From positions 1 to 64,000 of the forward strand of contig CAVPNL010000003.1 in NCBI GenBank assembly GCA_963706575.1: a stretch of DNA of 64,000 bases. Direction: 5' to 3'. This document shows, one piece after another, positions 43,650 through 52,477 of this stretch. Source of the DNA: an uncultured delta proteobacterium (lineage in GTDB: Bacteria > Desulfobacterota > Desulfobacteria > Desulfobacterales > JAHEIW01). The translations under genes were made by a program, and so were the position numbers. The notes under the pieces were generated by a model. It had not been told where the DNA came from. It searched no databases and saw only the letters and a program-made list of their open reading frames with translations. Every line of letters starts with the position of its first letter. The first letter of the stretch is position 1.

Positions 43650-44417
43650 TTATAATCCATTTTCTTGTTGATTAACGTGCTTTTCGATAGCAGATTTCCA
43701 AACCAAATAGCCTTGACCGTTTAAATGCAGACCATCAAATTCAGTATATTCTTCCCTGAGTTGATGACTATTATCACTCATTACAGTTATCAGATCTATA
43801 TATGTAAAGTCATGTTCAGAACTCAATCTTCTTAAATGGCTGTTGAGTTCTATTACGTCTTCGTTTAAAATATTACCTTTGTACAATTTATAGTTTAACG
43901 GTAGAACACTATGGACATAGATCTCTGTTTTCGGCGTCTTTGAATGTATGTATTCAATCATTTTTTCATAGTTGGAAATAATTTCAAATACAGTTTTTTT
44001 GTAACCTAAATCATTTATTCCCACCATAATAAATATTTTAGCAGGCATGGAAGAAACAATTTCTTCTAGTCTATCCAGTACTCCATCTACTGTATCTGCC
44101 CTTAAACCTCGATTTTTTATGTTCAAATTTTGAAATAATTCACTCCAATTGCAATGATCAATTAAACTGTCGCCTAAAAAAATAATTTCATTTTGCGTGT
44201 TTGGTAATAATTCATATAGACTCTTTTTCTGATAATAGTAAGGCTTATGTACTTTATTTTTCTTTATAGGTGCTGCAAACATCGAAATGATTCTTTTTTT
44301 TATGAAGGGAATACCACCTTTTTTGACTACGACATAACCGGCGAAGGTGATAAAAAGCAGGTTGAGAGCAATGGAGAGAACGAGGATTTTTTTATGCCAA
44401 TGGAATTCGCTTTTCAT
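43650..44417 (-). CDS. Membrane-anchored SGNH/GDSL esterase
   Basis: N-terminal TM helix; FLGDSL, NRG, GINDL and DGLH motifs. Confidence 0.9.
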   Translation of the reverse strand: MKSEFHWHKKILVLSIALNLLFITFAGYVVVKKGGIPFIKKRIISMFAAPIKKNKVHKPYYYQKKSLYELLPNTQNEIIFLGDSLIDHCNWSELFQNLNIKNRGLRADTVDGVLDRLEEIVSSMPAKIFIMVGINDLGYKKTVFEIISNYEKMIEYIHSKTPKTEIYVHSVLPLNYKLYKGNILNEDVIELNSHLRRLSSEHDFTYIDLITVMSDNSHQLREEYTEFDGLHLNGQGYLVWKSAIEKHVNQQENGL

Positions 44418-45117
44418 TTTAGAGGGCCGAAATTAATTTGGTTGATATTAAAAGATTTTCAGAAAGAGCTTTAAAATAAATGCTTTACAGCAATATAGAA
44501 TATAGCTCCGCTTTCTCAGTTACAGGTAGCCTCCTGTCCTGACAAATCCAGCTTTTCCGAATTAGCGTTTTCCTGGACTGAAACCACTTGAATCTTCATG
44601 ATCAAACAACAGTTCAGGGCATTTCTATGGCAAAATCAAAACTGCAAAGCAGTGTCCCGAACCAGTATAAGCGCATCGGCAATGGTCAGATTATCTGTCC
44701 TATCCTTGCTTTCTTATTTATTGTTACGAATCAGAAAATACGGGGTTACATGCAGGAGGCTGTTTGTGATTCCCTTATAAAGGACTTGGTAACCCATGGG
44801 ATGTCAAATCACCGGTAGATAAATTCAACGAGCTGCCAGTTCAAGGTTGTGTTTTGACGCAACCGAGTCAAAATAAAGATAGTGGCGAAGAGACTGTCAT
44901 TCATGCAGGAGTGTTTCATTAATCAGTCGAAAAATCAATTTTTGAACGAAAATCCCAATCCCCCCGGATTGTTTAGTTGCGATCACGCTTTGACGAACTA
45001 TTAGTGGCCTTGTTTTGGCAGGGCCTCCTTTTTTTTGGATCATGCTTGCTGGCAGAATACCATCAGTCCTTGGCTTCAGGAAGATGATTCTCTGCCGCAG
45101 TATTCAAGCTGGTTAGA

Positions 45118-45133
45118 AGCAATTATGGTGCCA
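45118..45133 (-). promoter_or_regulatory. Sigma-54 promoter at the head of the polysaccharide locus
   Basis: Minus strand reads TGGCACCATAATTGCT, matching TGGCAC-N5-TTGC. Confidence 0.85.
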
Positions 45134-45330
45134 TAAATGAAACGCTTTTGGACAGGTAAACCTCCTATATTTAATCTTCGGAAAGCTAATCGATCAGGCT
45201 TGCAAATACCGGCTGGGGTCAAAAAAACACAGCAATTAATCTGGTTTGGTACTCTCGGGAATCGGGATCGGCATCGGATGAATTGCTGCTGTTAGCAATA
45301 AAAAATGGGAATTAAAAGGAAACAAAATTG

Positions 45331-45368
45331 GGTAAAATTTTTCACATTAATGTGTAATTCATTTCCTA
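45331..45368. promoter_or_regulatory. Tandem enhancer-like boxes for a sigma-54 activator
   Basis: GGTAAAATTTTTCACA (45331) and TGTAATTCATTTCCTA (45353), starts 22 bp apart as at 5476/5498. Confidence 0.55.
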
Positions 45369-45517
45369 TTTTTTAAGTCTTTCGATAAGTATTTATATCT
45401 GATTCCAAAAGGTTGAGGATTGACAAAACGGATTCAAAAATATCAAGCAGGGAGGATGAAGAAAGTCATCCGAACGCGATTCAGCGTATAAAACCTGCAT
45501 TAAATCTGGATTTTGGA

Positions 45518-45546
45518 TTGACATTTTTCAGGTATTAAAATAAAGT
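45518..45546 (+). promoter_or_regulatory. Sigma-70 promoter of the tRNA
   Basis: TTGACA-N17-TAAAGT, ending 9 bp before the tRNA. Confidence 0.75.
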
Positions 45547-45555
45547 TGGTTTAGT

Positions 45556-45632
45556 CGGGACGTGGCTCAGTCTGGTAGAGCACAGCGTTCGGGACGCTGG
45601 GGTCGGTGGTTCAAATCCACTCGTCCCGACCA
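45556..45632 (+). tRNA. tRNA-Pro (anticodon CGG)
   Basis: Cloverleaf with acceptor stem CGGGACG/CGTCCCG, anticodon arm CAGCG-TTCGGGA-CGCTG, T-loop GGTTCAAATCC and encoded CCA. Confidence 0.97.
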
Positions 45633-45681
45633 TTTACATTATTGTCCTCCTCTCTTGGTCTTTCTCTTCTGTTATAAGCCC

Positions 45682-46854
45682 TTAATCCGATTTTAACAGA
45701 CTGCCAACATATTTGGCGATTGCCGGTGCCGCGGTAAGCCCAGGGCTGTCAATTCCCAGCAGATGAATCACCCTGTTGGTGTTGCGGTCCGGCTTGATGT
45801 AAAAATCATGGTATCCGTCGAGCCGGGCCTGGATGCCGCCCTGGTGATATTCCAGGTCCGCTGCGGTCAGGTCCGGGAAAAAAGCCATATTTTCCAGAAA
45901 TGCTTCAGGAGGTGACACGGGTGTACTATTGTAGTCTTCAAAATGGGCAACCGGTATCAGTTTGGGGCCGACGGTGACGGTATCGCCGATGCTGATTTCG
46001 CCGTCAATCATATCAAAGGTTGGCGTCAGGTGAACACCGACGGTAAGATGCCGTCCGGTAGGCGAATCGACAACGATCGGCGTCGGGTAAACGTTCATTT
46101 CTCGCAGAAATAATTGCGGGCGACGGTTGCGGTAAAACTTATACGAATCCCCGCGAATCAACGCCGGTTTGATGGGGATCTGCGGATCAATCATGCGGGC
46201 GATATCGACGGCATGGACACCGGCAGCATTGATGACGGTATTTGCCCGGATACGATCCTGGTGGCCGTCCCGGTAACGGATATGGATAATGACTTCTTCG
46301 TCCGATAACTCAAGGTCAACAACTTCTGTTTCAGACATAAAAATGGCGCCCCGGTTGCTGGCGGAGGCATAGACCTGGCGCAGAAGTGCGGTGGGATCAA
46401 CGATGCCGGATGTGGGAATCAGCAAAGCGGAATGCGCACAGACGTTGGGTTCCAGCTTTCTGACTTCGTCGGCACTGATTTTGCGAACCCCCGGCACACC
46501 GTTCGCTTCGGCCTGTAGATGATATTTTTCGAGAATGTGGCTTTCAGCTTCATCATTGGCGACCATCAATTTTCCGGTTTGCTTGCACGGCAGCTGATAT
46601 TTTTGAGCAAATTCGCTCCACAAACGGTTGCCCTCGATGCACAATCGGCCTTTGAGGGGACGAATATCCTGCTCATAGTAGATACCGGCATGCAGGACGC
46701 CTGAATTGCGCGAGGATTGATTCTCACCTTTTGTAATTCCGGGGTTTTTTTCGAATACATAGATATCTTCCTGGTCTTTGGCCAGTTCAAGTGCCACGCA
46801 GCAACCAATAATGCCGCCTCCGATAATCGCTATATTTATTTTCTCGCTCATCAA
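45682..46854 (-). CDS. FAD-dependent oxidoreductase (LhgO/DAO family)
   Basis: IIGGGIIG, QSSRNSGVLHAG and GIDSPGLTAAPAIA motifs. Confidence 0.9.
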   Translation of the reverse strand: MMSEKINIAIIGGGIIGCCVALELAKDQEDIYVFEKNPGITKGENQSSRNSGVLHAGIYYEQDIRPLKGRLCIEGNRLWSEFAQKYQLPCKQTGKLMVANDEAESHILEKYHLQAEANGVPGVRKISADEVRKLEPNVCAHSALLIPTSGIVDPTALLRQVYASASNRGAIFMSETEVVDLELSDEEVIIHIRYRDGHQDRIRANTVINAAGVHAVDIARMIDPQIPIKPALIRGDSYKFYRNRRPQLFLREMNVYPTPIVVDSPTGRHLTVGVHLTPTFDMIDGEISIGDTVTVGPKLIPVAHFEDYNSTPVSPPEAFLENMAFFPDLTAADLEYHQGGIQARLDGYHDFYIKPDRNTNRVIHLLGIDSPGLTAAPAIAKYVGSLLKSD

Positions 46855-46936
46855 ACAACCAGTTGTTGAGAATCAACATTAAGAGATATCAGATTTGAAC
46901 CCGTTGGCTCAAATTACGCCAGCAGCAACTGCTCAA

Positions 46937-47851
46937 TCAGGATTTACAGTTGTCTTCCAAGTTTATCTTGTAGAATTCGACTGCGTTTTGAGCTCAGCAG
47001 TTTTGTCAGCCGCTCCGCAGCAAGGTTTAAGCGGGCAATCCGCTGAAGTTCTCGATCCCAGGCATACGGCAAATTCGGAAAATCACTGCCGAAAATCAGG
47101 CGATCGGCGCGCATCTTTGCCAGGTCGGGAACGTTTTCGAAAGGTAAATAATCCGCCAGCGTCATGGTGGTGTCCAGCCAGAGGTTATCATGGCTTTCCA
47201 GCAACCGACGATAGGCATCGAATTCATCAGCACCCAGATGCGGAACGCAGACCCGCAAATCAGGATAGGTCTTGATCACCTGCTTCCAATTTATCAGCGC
47301 TGCAAAGGACATAGGGATCGCAGGGATACGCCGGGCTTTTGGGTTCCCGGCCCACATGCATAATCAATGGCTTGTCAGATTCCTGGCAAAGCTTGTAAAT
47401 TTCATGCATGGCCGGACCGAGCATATCAAAACATTGAACGTGACAGTGCAGTTTGACTCCCGACAAACCCATATCAAATGCTTCAGCTAAGATTTGACGC
47501 GCCTTTTCTTCACCGGGAAACACTGTCGCCATTGCCGGTCAGCTGCGGAAAGCGTCGGCAAAGTTTTGCCATGTAAGCATTGAGCTCGCGAGCGACACCC
47601 GGTCTGTGGGCATAGTGCAATCCCACGATCCGGCTTACACCTCGCGACAGCAAGAATTCGATTGCTTCCGACGATCCTAAGCGATAGCGAATCGGCCAGC
47701 CGAACTTTTCAAACCATTGCCAGATGGACGCAAACAGATTGTCCGGAAACAGATGCACATGCGCATCGATGACTGCCGGCAGGGTCTTCGGGACATGGTC
47801 ATCTTCGCGGTCATCAAGTGCCGGAAGCGGCGTTTGTAAGAGTGCAGACAT
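46937..47851 (-). CDS. Amidohydrolase family 2 protein (split into three ORFs by frameshifts)
   Basis: IDAHVH, GVKLH, PHLG and FGSDFP motifs across 47510..47851, 47260..47532 and 46944..47357. Confidence 0.85.
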
Positions 47852-48046
47852 GGATGATATCCATTCAACAGATCTATTTAGATGTCAGTCGAAATCTTTT
47901 TTAGTTTATCTTGATTCCCGGCGCAAGAACCATCTATATTTGATCATACTAGTCCAAAATGATAATGCCAAGATAGTGTAATTTAAATTAACCCTGTGCT
48001 TTATGCAAGAAACTTTGGAGTGGTGGGGTATGGGAGTAAGGTTTTT

Positions 48047-49105
48047 ATGATCACCCGACATCAAATTTACTTTCAAGATTCCAGAAATATGGAAGCCCTT
48101 GACTCCGGCAGCACGGATCTGGTCGTCACCTCTCCGCCCTACCCCATGATTGAAATGTGGGATGCCGTGTTCGCCGATCAGAATGCTGAAATCGGCAAGG
48201 CCTTAAGCAAAGGCGACGGTCCAGAGGCCTTTGAAGGGATGCACAGGCAACTGGATGCAGTCTGGCAGGAGGTCTGGCGGGTATTAAAGCAAGGCGGTAT
48301 CGCCTGCATCAATGTTGGAGATGCGACCCGTACCATTAACAGCCGTTTTCGGCTGTATCCGAATCATTCCAGGATTCTGAATCAGTTTCTGAAGCTGGGA
48401 TTTGAGGCCCTGCCCGCGATCATATGGCGCAAGCAGACCAACGCCCCCAATAAATTCATGGGATCCGGCATGCTGCCGCCCGGCGCCTATGTCACCCTGG
48501 AGCATGAATATATCCTGATTTTGCGCAAAGGTCCCAAACGCGAATTTAAACAGGATTCTGAAAAGCAAAATCGGCGGCAAAGTGCTTTTTTCTGGGAAGA
48601 ACGCAATGCCTGGTTTTCCGATGTATGGCTGGATGTAAAAGGCACCTCCCAGCATCTGGGCGACCGTGCGGCCCGCTTGCGCAGCGCGGCCTTCCCTTTT
48701 GAAGTCCCGTATCGCTTGATCAATATGTTTTCCGTAAAAGGCGGTACAGTGGTGGATCCGTTTTTAGGGATTGGAACAACCATGTGGGCGGCCATGACAG
48801 CCGGTAGAAACTGCGTGGGGTATGAAATTGAGGAAGGATTGCGCCATCAGATTTATGGGATTGCAGATTCAATTATCGGCTATGCCAATCAACGCATTGA
48901 CCGTCGGATTCAGGACCATGTCGATTATGTAAAACGAAATCAGCGCCCTCAGGGGAAATTTAAATACACCAATCAACATCACCGCTTTCCGGTAAATACC
49001 CGCCAGGAAATGGACATGATTATCCATTCATTATCCGCCATCAACAACATCGCAAGTAATCGTTTTGAAGTAATTTACTCAAACGAAACGGCCCCATCGT
49101 TTTAG
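48047..49105 (+). CDS. Site-specific DNA methyltransferase (N4-C/N6-A, beta arrangement), apparently orphan
   Basis: VTSPPY catalytic motif precedes the VDPFLGIGTT SAM-binding motif. ATG 48047 is preferred as the start. Confidence 0.9.
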   Translation: MITRHQIYFQDSRNMEALDSGSTDLVVTSPPYPMIEMWDAVFADQNAEIGKALSKGDGPEAFEGMHRQLDAVWQEVWRVLKQGGIACINVGDATRTINSRFRLYPNHSRILNQFLKLGFEALPAIIWRKQTNAPNKFMGSGMLPPGAYVTLEHEYILILRKGPKREFKQDSEKQNRRQSAFFWEERNAWFSDVWLDVKGTSQHLGDRAARLRSAAFPFEVPYRLINMFSVKGGTVVDPFLGIGTTMWAAMTAGRNCVGYEIEEGLRHQIYGIADSIIGYANQRIDRRIQDHVDYVKRNQRPQGKFKYTNQHHRFPVNTRQEMDMIIHSLSAINNIASNRFEVIYSNETAPSF

Positions 49106-49993
49106 GCGGCGCCTCGCACGTACAATGCCGCTGCGTCCTTTCAAATTAAATGCCGCCAAAGCTAACGGCAGTACTTTCTCAATTGCCGGCGTCAGGTAGC
49201 ACAGCCGAATCAATTCCATATACAATTGATGGATACTGGCACGCTGGATTCGGATTTGTGCCCCGAACTGTTCGAAACTCCAGCGCCGGGCGAGCCTGAA
49301 GGCCGCCGCTTCCCCGTCCCGCATGGTCACCCGCGCATCAAACGGTCCAACCGGTTCATAGGGTTTGGTTTTACGATTGGACAAAGATTTAACCGCCGCC
49401 TGCGCCAGGGCTGACCGCCAGCTACCGGAATCAAAGCTTTCAGAGCCCCGGGACTTGTCAATGGCAAAGCATTGGATGTTTTCAACAACAGCAACTGCCT
49501 GTTTACAGGCCACCGAACAGCCGGAAAAAAAGATTGGACGGATTTTCCACGGTGCCAGAGAGGCGGCAAACAACTCAATTTCAGCCAGCAATCGTTGGTT
49601 GACTTCAAGCCGGGCAACTCGCGAGGTTAAGGTATGGGCCAAAAATCCGTCTGATCCCGAGGCGGCATGCATTCCCAAAAACATTACCGCCCGGGCGCCC
49701 GCTGGATTTCCGATTCCGGGAATGGGGCCCCGGCGATATCCGGATATCAGGGTTGCCCGGGAATCGATCAACTCCGGAAACATATTGTAGCCGGTGCGGT
49801 GAAAATCCTTGATGGTAATTCTCTTTACCCCGGCATCAAAAAGGGCGCTGACGACCCTATTTACGTCCCGGCTCATTTCAAGGCAGGCCTGACACCATTC
49901 GTCGGTCAAAAAGGCAGAGGCTGTATAACTCCAGCAGCCCGAGCTGCCTTCAAGATCTGCGATGATCAATATATGGCTATAAGGGTCTGGCAT
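49079..49993 (-). CDS. Peptidase M55 (DppA-like D-aminopeptidase)
   Basis: IADLEG, KDFH, LGMHA and LAHT motifs. Confidence 0.85.
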   Translation of the reverse strand: MPDPYSHILIIADLEGSSGCWSYTASAFLTDEWCQACLEMSRDVNRVVSALFDAGVKRITIKDFHRTGYNMFPELIDSRATLISGYRRGPIPGIGNPAGARAVMFLGMHAASGSDGFLAHTLTSRVARLEVNQRLLAEIELFAASLAPWKIRPIFFSGCSVACKQAVAVVENIQCFAIDKSRGSESFDSGSWRSALAQAAVKSLSNRKTKPYEPVGPFDARVTMRDGEAAAFRLARRWSFEQFGAQIRIQRASIHQLYMELIRLCYLTPAIEKVLPLALAAFNLKGRSGIVRARRRLKRWGRFV

Positions 49994-50046
49994 TTTATTC
50001 TAAACGGTTACTGCATTCTATCGATTCAGCGCTGGCGGCGACAGGC

Positions 50047-51283
50047 TCATGCTCGAGTTGACAGGGACTGGATGCGTTGCAAAACAGGCGGATGAGAATA
50101 ATTTAAGAAACACGTAAAGCGGGTGGGGTGTCAGGTTCGTTAGATTGTCAACCGAAAGCTTCTTTAACGCCGCCACCATCGCGCCGGGATCCCTTGTGGT
50201 ATCGGCTGCAAATTGATCGGCAGCGTTTTCGTTTTTGCGCGACAAAATCTGCAATAATATTCCCACAAAAAAATCAATCGGGGCATATAACATGGCAAAA
50301 AAGAGCATCCCGGCATAGACGGACTGCTGCGGCATGTAAAAGGCATCAAAAAGACCCTGATAGGCAATGAAATGCGACAGTAAAAACAGCATTAAACCGG
50401 TTTGCAGAATCCCCAGAATAAGCGCCTGGCGAATGTGCTTTTTCTTGTAATGCCCCATCTCATGTGCCAATACCGAGACCAGTTCTTTCACCGTATGCTG
50501 CTGTATCAGGGTATCAAACAACACAATCCGTTTGTGTTTGCCGAAACCGGTAAAAAAGGCATTTGATTTTGTTGATCGCCGTGAACCGTCCATCTGATAG
50601 ACATTTTCAAGGGGGAAATTGATGGTCTTTGCATAGCTTAAGATGGCCGCTTTGAGCTCTCCTTCCTCCAGGGGTATGAACTTGTTAAACAGCGGCATAA
50701 TCCACGTAGGGGCGATAAACTGAACCACCAGCATATAAAGCGTCACGCCGATCCAGCAGTACCACCATGCATGCGGGCCGGCGTATTGAAAAAATGCCAG
50801 AATGACCGCCAGCAACGGTGTTCCCAGCAACAGCGCCAATATCAAACCTTTCAACAAATCCTTCACATAGGTCTGCCAGGTTGTTTTATTGAAACCAAAA
50901 CGTTCTTCAATGACAAAAGTAGCATACACGCTAAACGGCAACGACAAAACAGTTTTTAACAGCATCAGGACACCGATATAAATCAGGCCGCTTAGAACCG
51001 GTCCCAGCTCAAAAGCACGCACCCATCTGTCCAGTAAAGGAAACCCTCCCGCAAACCAGAAGACAAGAATCAGGCAGAGGTTAAACGCGGAGGTGATCCA
51101 GCCGAATCTCGTATTGACCTTCAGGTACTGCTGGGATTTGCGATACCGCTGCGGTTCGTAAACCCCCTCAAACTCACGCGGCAATTCGCTTCTGAGGTGT
51201 TTGAGGTTGAGCCCGTCGGCCGCGAGGTTCAAAACGAAATCAACACCGATGGTGCAGAGAATGATAATGGCAATGAAGTTCAT
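50047..51283 (-). CDS. Peptidase M48 (Ste24-like membrane metalloprotease; C-terminal frameshift)
   Basis: SNAFFTG and LAHEMGH motifs. The corrected frame ends YSHPPVLQRI...TGA at 50047. Confidence 0.92.
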
Positions 51284-51295
51284 CGGCAGTCCTTA

Positions 51296-51381
51296 GAAGT
51301 GGTTTCAAAACCTCATCTGAGGCCCAATGGCTGTGGTGCCCCGCCAAGCGGGATTCGCATCTGAGGCTTTGAAACCACTTC
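51296..51381. mobile_element. 86-bp MITE/REP-like element with 20-bp terminal inverted repeats
   Basis: GAAGTGGTTTCAAAACCTCA ... TGAGGCTTTGAAACCACTTC (19/20 match), with an internal CCCGC-CAA-GCGGG hairpin. Confidence 0.6.
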
Positions 51382-51428
51382 AAGAGCAGGATTGAACAGG
51401 TCTTAAATGCTGCAGCCGGTTAACGATT

Positions 51429-52049
51429 TCATGGTCTAGGGTTAACATTATTTTGCCGCACAAAATTCGCCAGCGCGTTGAATCTTTGGGCGCCAACCAG
51501 CGTTTGTCCATTCATTAAAAAAGTCGGTACGGCTTTCACCCCGGATTCATATGCGCGGACCCAATCGGTGTCAACAGCTTCCTTAAAAATTCGCGCTGCC
51601 ATTATGTCGTGAGCCTCACCGGCATCGAGGCCAACCGAGCTGGCGATATCGGCTAAAATATTGACATCCGCAATATTAAGTCCGTCTGCGAAATATGCCC
51701 TGAAAACGGCATCATGAAATGCATCGCCTTTTTCCATCTGTTCCGCCCATTTAGCCAACTCCTGGGCCAACCGGCTGTTAAAAGTCATTTCACGATCCCC
51801 AAACGGCAATCCCAGCTCCCGGGCGACCTGTTTTAAATGATCCATCATTTGCGGGATGTCCATATTGCGTCCTGCAAACAGGTCTTCCAGGGTGCGGCCT
51901 TGCAGCGGTGTTTCCGGATGCAACGGAAAAGCGATCCACTGAATGCCGATCTCGAATTCTCTTTTTAATCGTTCAACACGCCCGGTGATGAAATAGCACC
52001 AGGGTCAGATGTAATCTGAGAAAATTTCCAGCACCGGAATTTTTAACAT
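51429..52049 (-). CDS. DsbA/FrnE-family thioredoxin-fold protein, probable selenoprotein (UxxC)
   Basis: ATG 52049 reads MLKIPVLEIFSDYI-TGA-PWCYF..., in frame with ORF 51429..51923 (PLHPETP, GVKAVPTF, VGAQ). 206 aa in total. Confidence 0.85.
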
Positions 52050-52185
52050 TTCGCACCTAATCCTTGTGTAGTGGTTGTTAAAAAAACGTTTCGAATATTC
52101 AAACGTTTTTTTCTAAAACCGTACACCCGTTTATGCCGCGTTTCCTTAATTGCGTAGTATTGAACAATATTTCGAAAAGCGGTAC

Positions 52186-52258
52186 AAAAATGGGTGGTCC
52201 CAAAGAACCACCCAGCAGAAGGAGGAGATTGAAGGAGGTTCACAAACAACCACCTCGA
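52186..52258 (-). ncRNA. Candidate small RNA with two CCUCCUU (anti-SD) motifs
   Basis: Upstream TTGACA-N16-TATGTT, a 5' hairpin GAGGT/ACCTC, a CU-rich linker, then terminator GGGTGGT/ACCACCC followed by ATTTTT. Confidence 0.6.
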
Positions 52259-52321
52259 TTTTAACATAAGGTTGCGTTTAGATCTGTCAATATTTCTAAA
52301 TAATTTTCGAGTGTATTTCCC

Positions 52322-52357
52322 TTCAAAAGAAAGTGGCCCATGAGGAATGGGCCGCTT
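52322..52357 (-). terminator. Intrinsic terminator downstream of the PilZ gene
   Basis: GGCCCAT-TCCTC-ATGGGCC followed by ACTTTCTTTT on the minus strand. Confidence 0.7.
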
Positions 52358-52477
52358 GGATAGAGGAACGTGTTAAGCGTTAAGTTGGAAAATCAACCAA
52401 TTAACAACTTCACAGCTATGACTGCGTGCCTGGGCCATAATACCACTGTGCATCATTTCAAGGCGTAATTGAGGCCG

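Noticed and set aside
160..44474. Many short + strand ORFs inside the polysaccharide locus
   Set aside because: They are antisense shadows of well-supported minus-strand genes and have no motifs.
44579..44589. TGAAACCACTT match to the MITE arm
   Set aside because: Only 11 bp with no partner arm; compatible with chance.
44500..44600. c-di-GMP-I riboswitch
   Set aside because: Two hairpins are present, but the GCAAAC/GNRA-tetraloop/receptor core was not found. An Rfam scan would settle it.
44588..44818. 76-aa and 60-aa + strand ORFs in the leader region
   Set aside because: They have TTG or weak starts, no clear RBS and no recognisable motif.
45556..45632. tRNA as the attachment site of an island
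   Set aside because: The AT-rich locus is on the 5' side, and no duplicated 3' end or integrase is visible in the window.
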